From Gemmatimonadales bacterium (GTDB lineage Bacteria > Gemmatimonadota > Gemmatimonadetes > Gemmatimonadales > GWC2-71-9): a stretch of 26,056 bases of DNA. The stretch's first letter is position 1. The number at the start of each line of letters is the position of its first letter. The DNA lies in assembly GCA_013003805.1 (NCBI GenBank), contig JABDII010000312.1, forward strand, positions 1-26,056. Direction: 5' to 3'. Below are positions 1 through 7,748 of the stretch, in pieces. Made by a program: the position numbers and the translations under genes. The notes beneath the pieces are model-generated. The model was not told the DNA's origin. It worked only from the letters and a program-made list of their open reading frames with translations, and made no database searches.

Positions 1-97
1 TCTCGGCCTCGGTGCGATCAGGCCCCCCCCCGTACGCGGGTGCTGAACAAACTGGAGAGAGCAGGACCCCGAGGGCGAGAAGGCTACGACCGCGCAT
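1..97 (-). CDS. 5' end of a secreted/exported protein (partial, runs off the window)
   Basis: Translated by hand. ATG at 97 overlaps the end of the anti-sigma ORF and gives MRGRSLLALGVLLSPVCSAPAYGGGPDRTEAE, a basic-hydrophobic-AxG signal-peptide pattern with no stop to the window edge. Not in the ORF track. Confidence 0.5.
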   Translation of the reverse strand, partial: MRGRSLLALGVLLSPVCSAPAYGGGPDRTEAE

Positions 98-692
98 GGA
101 TCACCCGTTGGCCGGGAAACGCCAGGAGGCGCTTCATCAACAATACGCAGCCGACATAGACCGCCATATTGATGGCGGAGAACGCGGCGATGCGTCCGGG
201 GGTGCCAACCAGGTGTTTGAGGGTGTCGTACCACGGATGCTCGAGCAGGTTCGAGACGGCTCCGCGGAGCCCAACCCAGAACCACGAGCTGGCCTGGGCG
301 GTGAGCCACGATCCCCATGAGGACAATGTTTCAGGGTGGGACAACGACCACGCGACGCTGCCACCCATGGAGAGTCCCAGCACCACCATGATCGAGGCCG
401 CGATGGCCAACGTTCGGCGGCTCGCCTTGACGCGATCCCAGAAGCGATAGGCGGTGCGAAGAGCGAACGGATCGGGCAGGTCGAGGCGAGCCATGACCCC
501 TTCCGCAAAGGCAGGGCTGGGCGCCAACCGCTCCACGGCTTCGAGGCGGCGGACCAGCACCCGCTCGGCCCGGGTGAGCGTGCGGCACTCGAAGCAGCTC
601 TCGATATGGGTTTGCCTGGTCTCCGGGAGGCTCCCGTCGAGCCAAGCATCGACCTCTTCGAGTGACAGGTGAGTCGGAGTGTGTTCTTTCAT
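84..692 (-). CDS. Zinc-binding anti-sigma factor (ZAS/zf-HC2), membrane anchored
   Basis: N-terminal H..LxAWLDG..HIESCFEC (HxxxCxxC) motif followed by hydrophobic helices. Lies directly downstream of the ECF sigma gene, with GAGGGG before the ATG. Confidence 0.85.
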   Translation of the reverse strand: MKEHTPTHLSLEEVDAWLDGSLPETRQTHIESCFECRTLTRAERVLVRRLEAVERLAPSPAFAEGVMARLDLPDPFALRTAYRFWDRVKASRRTLAIAASIMVVLGLSMGGSVAWSLSHPETLSSWGSWLTAQASSWFWVGLRGAVSNLLEHPWYDTLKHLVGTPGRIAAFSAINMAVYVGCVLLMKRLLAFPGQRVIHARS

Positions 693-705
693 AGCTCGCC
701 CCTCT

Positions 706-732
706 TACGGTCTCGGTTTTGTGAAAGTTTCA
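706..732 (-). promoter_or_regulatory. Putative ECF (SigW-type) promoter upstream of the anti-sigma gene
   Basis: The minus strand reads TGAAAC-tttcacaaaaccgagac(17)-CGTA in the AT-rich gap between sigma and anti-sigma. The -35 element overlaps the sigma stop codon. Confidence 0.55.
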
Positions 733-1347
733 TTCGCGAAGATGGGCCAGCGCCTTCCTCAGTTCGTGCCTGGCACGGTGGATGTAGGTCTTGACCGTCC
801 CCAGCGGGAGCCCCAAGATCTCGGCGATCTCCTCATACGGTCGGCCCTCGACATGGCGGAGTAGGATGCAGGATCGGTACTCGGGACGGAGGTGGCTGAT
901 GGCCTCCTCGATCGCTCCGCCAAGCTCGCGAGCTTCGAGCTGATCCAGCGGCCCCGGCAGCCGGCCCCCGATCTGGAGCGCGGTGGCCTCCATGGCGTCT
1001 GGAGTGCGCGCATGGGGCGACCCCTCGATCGAAAGCGTCGCGAGTTCTCGTTTGCGGAGGTGGTCGATGGCGGCGTTGTTGGCGATCTTGAAGATCCACG
1101 AACTGAATTTGTATTCCGGCCGATAGGAGCGGACCGCCTTGAGGGCCTTGACGAAGGTCTCTTGCGACAGATCTTCGGCAAGTTCCCGGTCCCGGACCAT
1201 GCGATAAATGAGGGAGAAGATGGGACGTTCGTACCGCCGCACCAATTCACGATACGCGGCTTCACGCCCGAGCCGGGCCTGGGCGACCACCTCTTGATCG
1301 GTGGCGTCGCGCAGGTTCTGTTGTGGGTCAGCCACCGGCGGGTCCAT
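730..1347 (-). CDS. ECF RNA polymerase sigma-70 factor, SigW/RpoE-like
   Basis: Region 2 (AEDLSQETFVKA, FSSWIFKIANNAAIDHLR) and region 4 (YEEIAEILGLPLGTVKTYIHRAR). Start set at ATG 1347; GTG 1335 is also possible. Confidence 0.93.
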   Translation of the reverse strand: MDPPVADPQQNLRDATDQEVVAQARLGREAAYRELVRRYERPIFSLIYRMVRDRELAEDLSQETFVKALKAVRSYRPEYKFSSWIFKIANNAAIDHLRKRELATLSIEGSPHARTPDAMEATALQIGGRLPGPLDQLEARELGGAIEEAISHLRPEYRSCILLRHVEGRPYEEIAEILGLPLGTVKTYIHRARHELRKALAHLRE

Positions 1348-1361
1348 CGGTTGCCCCCGCC

Positions 1362-2129
1362 ATGAGCGAGCCACTAGCTTCCGCGCCCATGCGCGACGCG
1401 GGTCGAGAGTTGCCGGTCACGGGCGGCCCGGAAAAACGGGCATACGTCCGCCAGATGTTTGGTGCGATCGCGCCGACGTACGATCGATTGAATCGCATCA
1501 TCAGCTTTCGCCTGGACCTGCGTTGGCGCCGGGTCGCGGTCCAACGGCTGGGATGGGAACGTGCCCCAGAGGGACGGTACATCGATCTGTGCGCCGGCAC
1601 GATGGACTTCGGGGCGATCCTCTCACACCAGTCTGGGTTTCGCGGACAGATCGTTGGAGCTGACTTCGTCCGCCGCATGCTCGAGCTGGGCCGGAGCAAG
1701 TCGACCCAACTGAAGCCAGTCGCAGCCGACGCGATCGAGCTACCATTCTCAAGCGCGATCTTCGACGGAGCGATGGTCGGATGGGGCGTCCGAAATCTGG
1801 TCGATCTCGATGCCGGGCTGGTGGAAGCGGCCAGGGTCTTGAAACCGGGCGCCCGGCTCACGATCGTGGAGATGAGCGTCCCGCCCCGGCAGCCATTGCG
1901 GGGGCTCTATCGGATGTATTCCGAGCACGTCCTGCCTATCATCGGCCGCATCATCTCGAAACATAGGACCGCGTATAGCTGGTTACCAGAGTCGGCGCTC
2001 CACTTCCCCTCTCCCCCGGAACTGGCGCGTCGTATGGAAGAAGCGGGATTCACGGACGTATCTTTTATTCGCTTCCTGGGTGGTGTGACGGCACTCCACG
2101 TGGGGACGAGGAAAGGCAGTGCTTCGTGA
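1362..2129 (+). CDS. menG: Demethylmenaquinone methyltransferase (UbiE/MenG family)
   Basis: MFGAIAPTYDRLNRIIS, SAM motif DLCAGTMD, GWGVRN and YSWLPES..FP. Start is ATG 1362 or 1389. Confidence 0.88.
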   Translation: MSEPLASAPMRDAGRELPVTGGPEKRAYVRQMFGAIAPTYDRLNRIISFRLDLRWRRVAVQRLGWERAPEGRYIDLCAGTMDFGAILSHQSGFRGQIVGADFVRRMLELGRSKSTQLKPVAADAIELPFSSAIFDGAMVGWGVRNLVDLDAGLVEAARVLKPGARLTIVEMSVPPRQPLRGLYRMYSEHVLPIIGRIISKHRTAYSWLPESALHFPSPPELARRMEEAGFTDVSFIRFLGGVTALHVGTRKGSAS

Positions 2130-2192
2130 CACCGTGCGCCGTGCTGGTGGGAATGTCCCGACTGCACCTGCTCACCACCGATCGAGCGATTG

Positions 2193-3674
2193 ATGCCACA
2201 CGATAACCTTCGCGATTTTCTCGAGGCAGTCGACCGCTCCGGCGAGTTGGTGCGGATCTCCCAACCGGTGCGCGCGCGGCTCGAAGTCGCGGAGATCGCC
2301 GATCGCGCCATGAAGAGTGCGGGAGGAGGGCCGGCGCTCCTGTTCGATCGGGTGACGCTGGAAAACGGAGAGACCAGTCGCTACCCCGTGGCCATCAACA
2401 TCTTCGGCTCGATGAGCCGCATGTGCTTGGCCCTTGGGGTCGACAATCTGGATGCGATCGGAGATCGCATTGCCGACCTCCTCAACCTGAAAGTGCCTGA
2501 AGGGCTGTTTGGGAAGCTCTCCATGCTCCCCAAGCTCGCCGAGATTGCCAAGTTCCCGCCCCGCACCAAGGGAGGGACTCCTCGGTGTCAGGATATCGTC
2601 CTCCGCGGTACCGAGGTGAACCTGGACGATATTCCCTTCTTGGTCACATGGCCCAAGGACGCGGGTCGCTATATCACCTTACCGATGGTCATCACCAACG
2701 ACCCGAGTCGCGGCATTCGGAATGTGGGAATGTATCGCGTCCAAGTCTTGGGCCGCGACACGCTGGCCATGCACTGGCAGCGGCACAAGGTGGGGGCAGC
2801 GCACTGGCGTGAGATGGCGGCCCGCGGAGAAACGATGCCGGTCGTGATCGCGTTGGGGGGCGACCCGGCAAGCATCTACGCCGCGACAGCCCCGCTGCCG
2901 CCGACCATCGACGAGTTCATCTTCGCGGGGTTCCTCCGGAAGGCGCCCGTCGAGTTGGCAAGGGCGGTCACCTGTGATCTCGAAGTCCCGGCCCAGGCCG
3001 AGATCGTGCTCGAGGGCTACATCGACCCCGCCGAGGACTTGGTGCTGGAAGGGCCGTTCGGCGATCACACGGGGTTCTACTCCTTAGCGGACTACTATCC
3101 CAAGGTGCACGTGACCGCGGTGACCATGCAGAAGAGCCCGGTGTATCCCGCCACGTTGGTGGGCCGGCCGCCGATGGAGGACTACTACCTGGGCCATGCA
3201 ACCGAGCGGATTTTCCTGCCGCTCCTGCGCCTCACTGTTCCGGAAATCGTCGACTACCACATGCCGGCGCCCGGGATCTTTCACAATCTCGTGTTCGTCT
3301 CCATCGACAAGCAGTATCCGGGACAGGCCTACAAAGTGATGAACGCGTTGTGGGGCCAGGGGCTCATGTCGCTGGCCAAGGTCATCATCGTGGTCGACCG
3401 CGAAGTAAACGTGCGCGATCCCGAAGAGGCGTGGTGGGTTGCCCTGAACAACATCGACCCGGAACGAGACGTACGGTTCACTCCCGGTCCGGTGGATGTG
3501 CTCGACCATGCGAGCCGGGGCTTCACCTTTGGTACGAAAATGGGCATTGACGCGACGCGGAAGTGGAAGGAAGAAGGATTCGAGCGGGAGTGGCCCGAGC
3601 GAATCGAAATGGATGCCGACACCAAGGCCGCCATCGATACGCTCTGGCCGTCGCTCGGCATCCGCCTCTCGTGA
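2193..3674 (+). CDS. ubiD: UbiD-family prFMN decarboxylase, menaquinone (futalosine pathway, MqnL/SCO4490-like)
   Basis: RNVGMYRVQ, MHWQRHK, EGPFGDHTGFY, GRPPMEDYYLG and KMGIDAT motifs, in operon context with ubiA/ubiX/menG. Confidence 0.93.
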   Translation: MPHDNLRDFLEAVDRSGELVRISQPVRARLEVAEIADRAMKSAGGGPALLFDRVTLENGETSRYPVAINIFGSMSRMCLALGVDNLDAIGDRIADLLNLKVPEGLFGKLSMLPKLAEIAKFPPRTKGGTPRCQDIVLRGTEVNLDDIPFLVTWPKDAGRYITLPMVITNDPSRGIRNVGMYRVQVLGRDTLAMHWQRHKVGAAHWREMAARGETMPVVIALGGDPASIYAATAPLPPTIDEFIFAGFLRKAPVELARAVTCDLEVPAQAEIVLEGYIDPAEDLVLEGPFGDHTGFYSLADYYPKVHVTAVTMQKSPVYPATLVGRPPMEDYYLGHATERIFLPLLRLTVPEIVDYHMPAPGIFHNLVFVSIDKQYPGQAYKVMNALWGQGLMSLAKVIIVVDREVNVRDPEEAWWVALNNIDPERDVRFTPGPVDVLDHASRGFTFGTKMGIDATRKWKEEGFEREWPERIEMDADTKAAIDTLWPSLGIRLS

Positions 3675-4567
3675 CTGCACAGCGCGAAGGGCAGACCCTC
3701 GCCGGACACTCTCTCTTCGCCCGCTATCTCAACTTCGTCAAGCTCCCGCACACCGTCTTCGCATTGCCGTTCGCGTTGATCGGTGTGTTGGCGGCGTCCA
3801 TACGGGCCCCAGTGACAGCCCGCATGGTCGTGCTGGTGATCATTGCCTTCACGGCCGCACGATGGGTGGCCATGGGATTCAATCGTATCGCCGATCGGGA
3901 GTACGACGCGGCCAATCCGAGGACGAGAGGGCGAGAGCTGCCCCGGGGGGCGCTGACACTCCGGCAGGCGTGGATCTCAGTCGTGGTTGCGGCAGCCCTA
4001 TTCCTCGGGAGCGCGGCACTCCTCAACCCGCTTTGCATGACGCTTGCGCCGCTCGCACTTGGATGGATCTTGGCCTATAGCCTGGCCAAGCGGTTTACGT
4101 GGTGGACTCACCTCTGGCTCGGGATGAGCCTCGCGATAGCCCCCGTAGGAGGATATCTGGCGGTCACCGGTAGCTGGAGCGACCCTGGCTGGGTGCTCCT
4201 GGCCATCACCGCTGGTGTCGCGACGTGGGTGGCTGGGTTCGATATCTTCTATGCCCTCCCAGACGAGGAGTTTGACCGGAAGGCGGGCCTCAAGAGTCTG
4301 GTGGTCCGGTTTGGGGAACGGCGCAGCATTCTGTTCGCCAAGCTATTGCACGGTGTCACGATTCCCGCCGTGGCTCTGTTCGGATTGGGGGCCGGCTTCG
4401 GGACCTGGTTCCTGCTTGGGGTCGCCGTGGCCGCCGTCATCCTGGCCTATGAGCATCAGCTGGTCAAGCCCGGCGATCTCTCGCGGCTGAACGCCGCTTT
4501 CTTTACTATGAATGGGGTCATTTCCGTTATCCTGTTCTTGTTCGCCTTGGTGGATCGAGTAGCCTGA
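3671..4567 (+). CDS. ubiA: UbiA-family polyprenyltransferase (MqnP-like)
   Basis: HTVFALPFA, FNRIADREYDAANPRT..RELP and GFDIFYA motifs with multiple TM helices. The GTG start overlaps the ubiD TGA (GTGA). Confidence 0.92.
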   Translation: MTAQREGQTLAGHSLFARYLNFVKLPHTVFALPFALIGVLAASIRAPVTARMVVLVIIAFTAARWVAMGFNRIADREYDAANPRTRGRELPRGALTLRQAWISVVVAAALFLGSAALLNPLCMTLAPLALGWILAYSLAKRFTWWTHLWLGMSLAIAPVGGYLAVTGSWSDPGWVLLAITAGVATWVAGFDIFYALPDEEFDRKAGLKSLVVRFGERRSILFAKLLHGVTIPAVALFGLGAGFGTWFLLGVAVAAVILAYEHQLVKPGDLSRLNAAFFTMNGVISVILFLFALVDRVA

Positions 4568-4568
4568 C

Positions 4569-4715
4569 GTGTCGAAAACCAGGAAGAAACGCCGCATTCG
4601 AGGCCGCGCCGCTCGGCCCGATTCCAAGTCGCGCCACCGGCCCGCTCGGGTACCGCCGCGGTCTGCGCCGAAGCACCCGCTCAAATCGCCCACCCCGAAC
4701 CGGAGAGGCCAGTGA
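4569..4715 (+). CDS. Possible 48-aa Arg/Lys/Pro-rich small protein
   Basis: Hand translation gives MSKTRKKRRIRGRAARPDSKSRHRPARVPPRSAPKHPLKSPTPNRRGQ*. It starts 1 nt after the ubiA stop and its TGA overlaps the ubiX GTG. No recognisable homology. Confidence 0.3.
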   Translation: MSKTRKKRRIRGRAARPDSKSRHRPARVPPRSAPKHPLKSPTPNRRGQ

Positions 4716-5314
4716 ACCCTCCCGTCGTTCTCGCCATGACCGGTGCATCGGGCGCACCGTATGCTGTTCGTCTGCTCGAGGTCTTGGCGATCAAGCGGGT
4801 TTCGGTGTGGCTCATCGTCTCTGGGCACGGCACGCGGCTCTTGAAAGAGGAGTGTCGGCTCGATGATATGGCAGCGCTCGCCCGAGCCACCGGCGGGGAT
4901 TGGACCTCGGTGCGTGAGTTTCAAGACGCCGACCGCGGGGCCCTCCCGGCCTCGGGCTCCCAGAAGACGGCGGGGATGGTGATCTGTCCCTGCTCGATGG
5001 GAACGGTGTCCGCCATCGCCCAAGGGAGCAGCCGTTCGCTCATCGAGCGAGCCGCCGACGTGACGCTCAAGGAACGCCGGAAACTCATCCTCGTTCCGCG
5101 CGAAACCCCACTTTCGCTGGTCCATCTCAGGAATCTGACTCGGGTGACCGAGGCCGGTGCCATCGTCCTGCCGGCGGCGCCAGGGTTCTACCATCGTCCC
5201 ACCCGGGTCGAGGAACTGGTGGATTTCATCGTTCAGCGCATCCTCGACCACCTCGCCCTCGATATCGAGATCGCTCAGCGCTGGGGGGGCGGGGGCGGAG
5301 TCGGAGCCGGGTGA
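4712..5314 (+). CDS. ubiX: Flavin prenyltransferase UbiX (MqnM-like)
   Basis: TGASG, ASGS, PCSMGT, RAADVTLKERR, PRETP and PGFY motifs. Confidence 0.95.
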   Translation: MNPPVVLAMTGASGAPYAVRLLEVLAIKRVSVWLIVSGHGTRLLKEECRLDDMAALARATGGDWTSVREFQDADRGALPASGSQKTAGMVICPCSMGTVSAIAQGSSRSLIERAADVTLKERRKLILVPRETPLSLVHLRNLTRVTEAGAIVLPAAPGFYHRPTRVEELVDFIVQRILDHLALDIEIAQRWGGGGGVGAG

Positions 5315-5800
5315 GTGCGTCTCGGGATCATCGCGGATACCCACGGTTTGTTACGCCCCGAGGTCTTTCCCGTCTTCGACCAGGTCGACCGGATCTTCCA
5401 TGCAGGTGACATTGGGTCGCTCGAAATCCTGACCGATCTGGAAGCGATCGCTCCGGTTACCGCCGTGTACGGCAATACGGACGGCTTTGCACTCCGCGAC
5501 CGGCTGCCCGACGTGGTCGACATCGACGTCGACGGATTCCGGCTCCTGCTCACTCACGGCGACGCTTTCGGCGTCCCGACACCCGAGAAGCTGAATCGAT
5601 CCTACCCCGAAGCGGAGATCATCCTCTTCGGCCACACCCACCGGCCGCTTCTGACGATCGTCGACTCCGTGGTGACGGTCATGAACCCCGGGGCGGCGGG
5701 GCCACGCCGGTTCGATCTTCAACCGTCGGTTGGGATCATGGAGTTGGAGCCGGGGATTCCACCACGAGCGAGGGTCGTGCCCCTGGACCGGACGGTCTAA
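5315..5800 (+). CDS. Metallophosphoesterase, YfcE/MJ0936 family
   Basis: DTHG, HAGD, GNTD, THG, FGHTH and NPG calcineurin-like motifs. Confidence 0.92.
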   Translation: MRLGIIADTHGLLRPEVFPVFDQVDRIFHAGDIGSLEILTDLEAIAPVTAVYGNTDGFALRDRLPDVVDIDVDGFRLLLTHGDAFGVPTPEKLNRSYPEAEIILFGHTHRPLLTIVDSVVTVMNPGAAGPRRFDLQPSVGIMELEPGIPPRARVVPLDRTV

Positions 5801-5815
5801 CGCCTGCTTCGAGGC

Positions 5816-6910
5816 TCAGGCCAGCCACTCCTCCGGAGGCGTGGTGCGACGCAGTGCCTGCGGATGGCGCCGAAACCAAGACATCACGAGGAGCACCTCG
5901 TCGATGGAGTCCGGTGGCAGTGCCCCGGTCATGGGAGCGGGACGAGCGAACTCCTCCGCCACCACTCCGCGGAACGCCTCTTGCTCGATCGGAGTCGTCG
6001 GAAAAGGGAAACACGCCCGTATGATACCCTGACGGATGAGGTAGGCGCGGTCGTCGCCGAAAGTCCCAGGATCATGATATATGAAGGTGAGTAGATCGAT
6101 GGCGGCACGGCCCTTGTTGCCGGCCGCGAAGAGCCACTCGAGCGCCTCGAATCTCTCTCGCCACTTCGCCGCCCGCTCGAATTCCTCCTGCTCACCCGCC
6201 TCCTGCATCGCCGCGATGACGCGGTCGATCGGCTGGATCGTTCGCCCCTCGAGGAACGCGACCGCGGTGTCTATCTGGACTCGATAGGCTGCCTCCGTCA
6301 CGAATCCGGCGCAAGGGCCGCCGCAGAAACCGAGTTCGTGCCGGATACAGGCCGCCCGCCGGCCGCTGTCGAACAGGTCGCCTTGCTCGGCGAATACCAT
6401 CGGCATGGCGGCGCGGCAATCGCGTAGTCCGAGCAGGTCGTTCAAGGCGCGGACTGCGTCGGCGACCCGACCAGACGACGAGAAGGGCCCATAGCAACGT
6501 TCCGTTCCCACGTTTCGGCAGGCGCCCCACGAGAGCTTCGGCGCCGGCCCGTCCACTACCTTGATGAACACGGCCCGCCGCGCCCGGTTGAGTTTGACAT
6601 TGAAGACGGGCCGATGGCGACGGATCTGTCGCAGCTCGCCGAGGTAGGCGGCAAAGTCACTCGGCACGTACTGCCACGTGATGTCGGCAGCGGCGTGCAG
6701 GATACGACTGGCCTTCTCCTCTGGGTAGTGAGCTCGGAAATACGACAGGAGACGGGTGCGAAGCCTCTTGGCCTTCCCGACATAGATGGTCCTGCCGCTC
6801 GCGTCCGTCATGCGATACACCGCGGGCCGGTTCTCAGCGAGCAGAGCAACGCGCCGCCGGAGCGCGGTCAGATCGGTCGTCGGGAGGGGAAGTGCGGTTG
6901 CCCGGTGCAA
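5816..6910 (-). CDS. UvrC N-terminal-like GIY-YIG endonuclease with Cys cluster and UvrB/C helix (Cho-like)
   Basis: PAVYRM...IYVGKAKRLRTRLLSYF, YGPF, RDC...CIRHELGFCGGPC and QEEFERAAKWRE. No RNase H-like or HhH C-terminal part. Start uncertain (TTG 6910 after GGAGGAG, or TTG 6934). Confidence 0.82.
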   Translation of the reverse strand: MHRATALPLPTTDLTALRRRVALLAENRPAVYRMTDASGRTIYVGKAKRLRTRLLSYFRAHYPEEKASRILHAAADITWQYVPSDFAAYLGELRQIRRHRPVFNVKLNRARRAVFIKVVDGPAPKLSWGACRNVGTERCYGPFSSSGRVADAVRALNDLLGLRDCRAAMPMVFAEQGDLFDSGRRAACIRHELGFCGGPCAGFVTEAAYRVQIDTAVAFLEGRTIQPIDRVIAAMQEAGEQEEFERAAKWRERFEALEWLFAAGNKGRAAIDLLTFIYHDPGTFGDDRAYLIRQGIIRACFPFPTTPIEQEAFRGVVAEEFARPAPMTGALPPDSIDEVLLVMSWFRRHPQALRRTTPPEEWLA

Positions 6911-6921
6911 GGCTCCTCCGC

Positions 6922-7746
6922 TCAGGATTGGCAACGGTGGCAGAACACCGTCATACGGCCATCGATCTCATGGGTCCCGGTCAGCCGTGTGCCGCACGCA
7001 CGGCAGGGCTCGCCCTGCCGCCCGTATACCAGCAACTCGAACTGGTACCTGCCCGGCTGCCCCGTTCCGGTCCGGTAGTCGCGCACCGTCGTTCCACTGG
7101 ACGCGACCGCGGCCTCTAGAATCCGCTGCAGGTCCCGCCGGAGCCGGCCACGATGTTCCGGCGTGAGTCTGTTGGCCGGTTTGGACGGGTCGATCCCGGC
7201 GGCGAATAGGGCCTCGTTGGCGTAGATGTTCCCTATGCCGGCGATCCGTCGCTGATCCATGATCACTTTCTTGATGGCCTGCCTGGTTCCGGCAAGCGCA
7301 TTGGACAAAGCCGCGTCGTCAAAGGCCGCCGCGAGCGGTTCGGGGCCGAGCGCGGCCGAGTACTCGTCGAAGGCCTCATGATCCAGCAGATGGATCCTCC
7401 CGATGCGGCGGACGTCGCGATAGACCAACTCCTGGCCGTTGTCGAGCGGTGCTCTGAGCACGGCGTAGCGAACCTCATCCGGGGTGAGCGGGCGGTCGTA
7501 CACCATGAGTGACCCGGTCATTCCCGGCTGGATAACGAGGTGATGTGCGCCAAGGTCGATGATCGCGTGCTTCGCGCGCCGGGCGACGCCCCGGATGGAA
7601 GCGCCACGCATTGACCGTTGGAGGCGCCGCCGGCTCACTCCCCTCAGGATGTCATCGTGCGACAACGCAACCCGGCGAATGGTTCGGCCGACCAACGCGG
7701 GCCGTACTTCGCGAACGATGGTCTCGACTTCCGGCAGCTCCGGCAT
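6922..7746 (-). CDS. mutM: Formamidopyrimidine-DNA glycosylase/AP lyase
   Basis: N-terminal PELPEVE, RRAKH, H2TH motif GIGNIYANEAL and C-terminal zinc finger CRAC...CHRCQ. Confidence 0.96.
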   Translation of the reverse strand: MPELPEVETIVREVRPALVGRTIRRVALSHDDILRGVSRRRLQRSMRGASIRGVARRAKHAIIDLGAHHLVIQPGMTGSLMVYDRPLTPDEVRYAVLRAPLDNGQELVYRDVRRIGRIHLLDHEAFDEYSAALGPEPLAAAFDDAALSNALAGTRQAIKKVIMDQRRIAGIGNIYANEALFAAGIDPSKPANRLTPEHRGRLRRDLQRILEAAVASSGTTVRDYRTGTGQPGRYQFELLVYGRQGEPCRACGTRLTGTHEIDGRMTVFCHRCQS

Positions 7747-7748
7747 GG

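Noticed and set aside
307-333. Third TGAAAC on the minus strand, followed at 17 nt by CGTG
   Set aside because: The -10 is mismatched and it lies inside the anti-sigma coding region. Other TGAAAC copies (1840, 4918-4923, 17575, 18176) have no matching -10.
5312-5365. Possible selenocysteine UGA/SECIS at the ubiX stop
   Set aside because: The position is a linker rather than a catalytic Cys site. The downstream CTCGGG...CCCGAG pairing does not resemble a bacterial SECIS.
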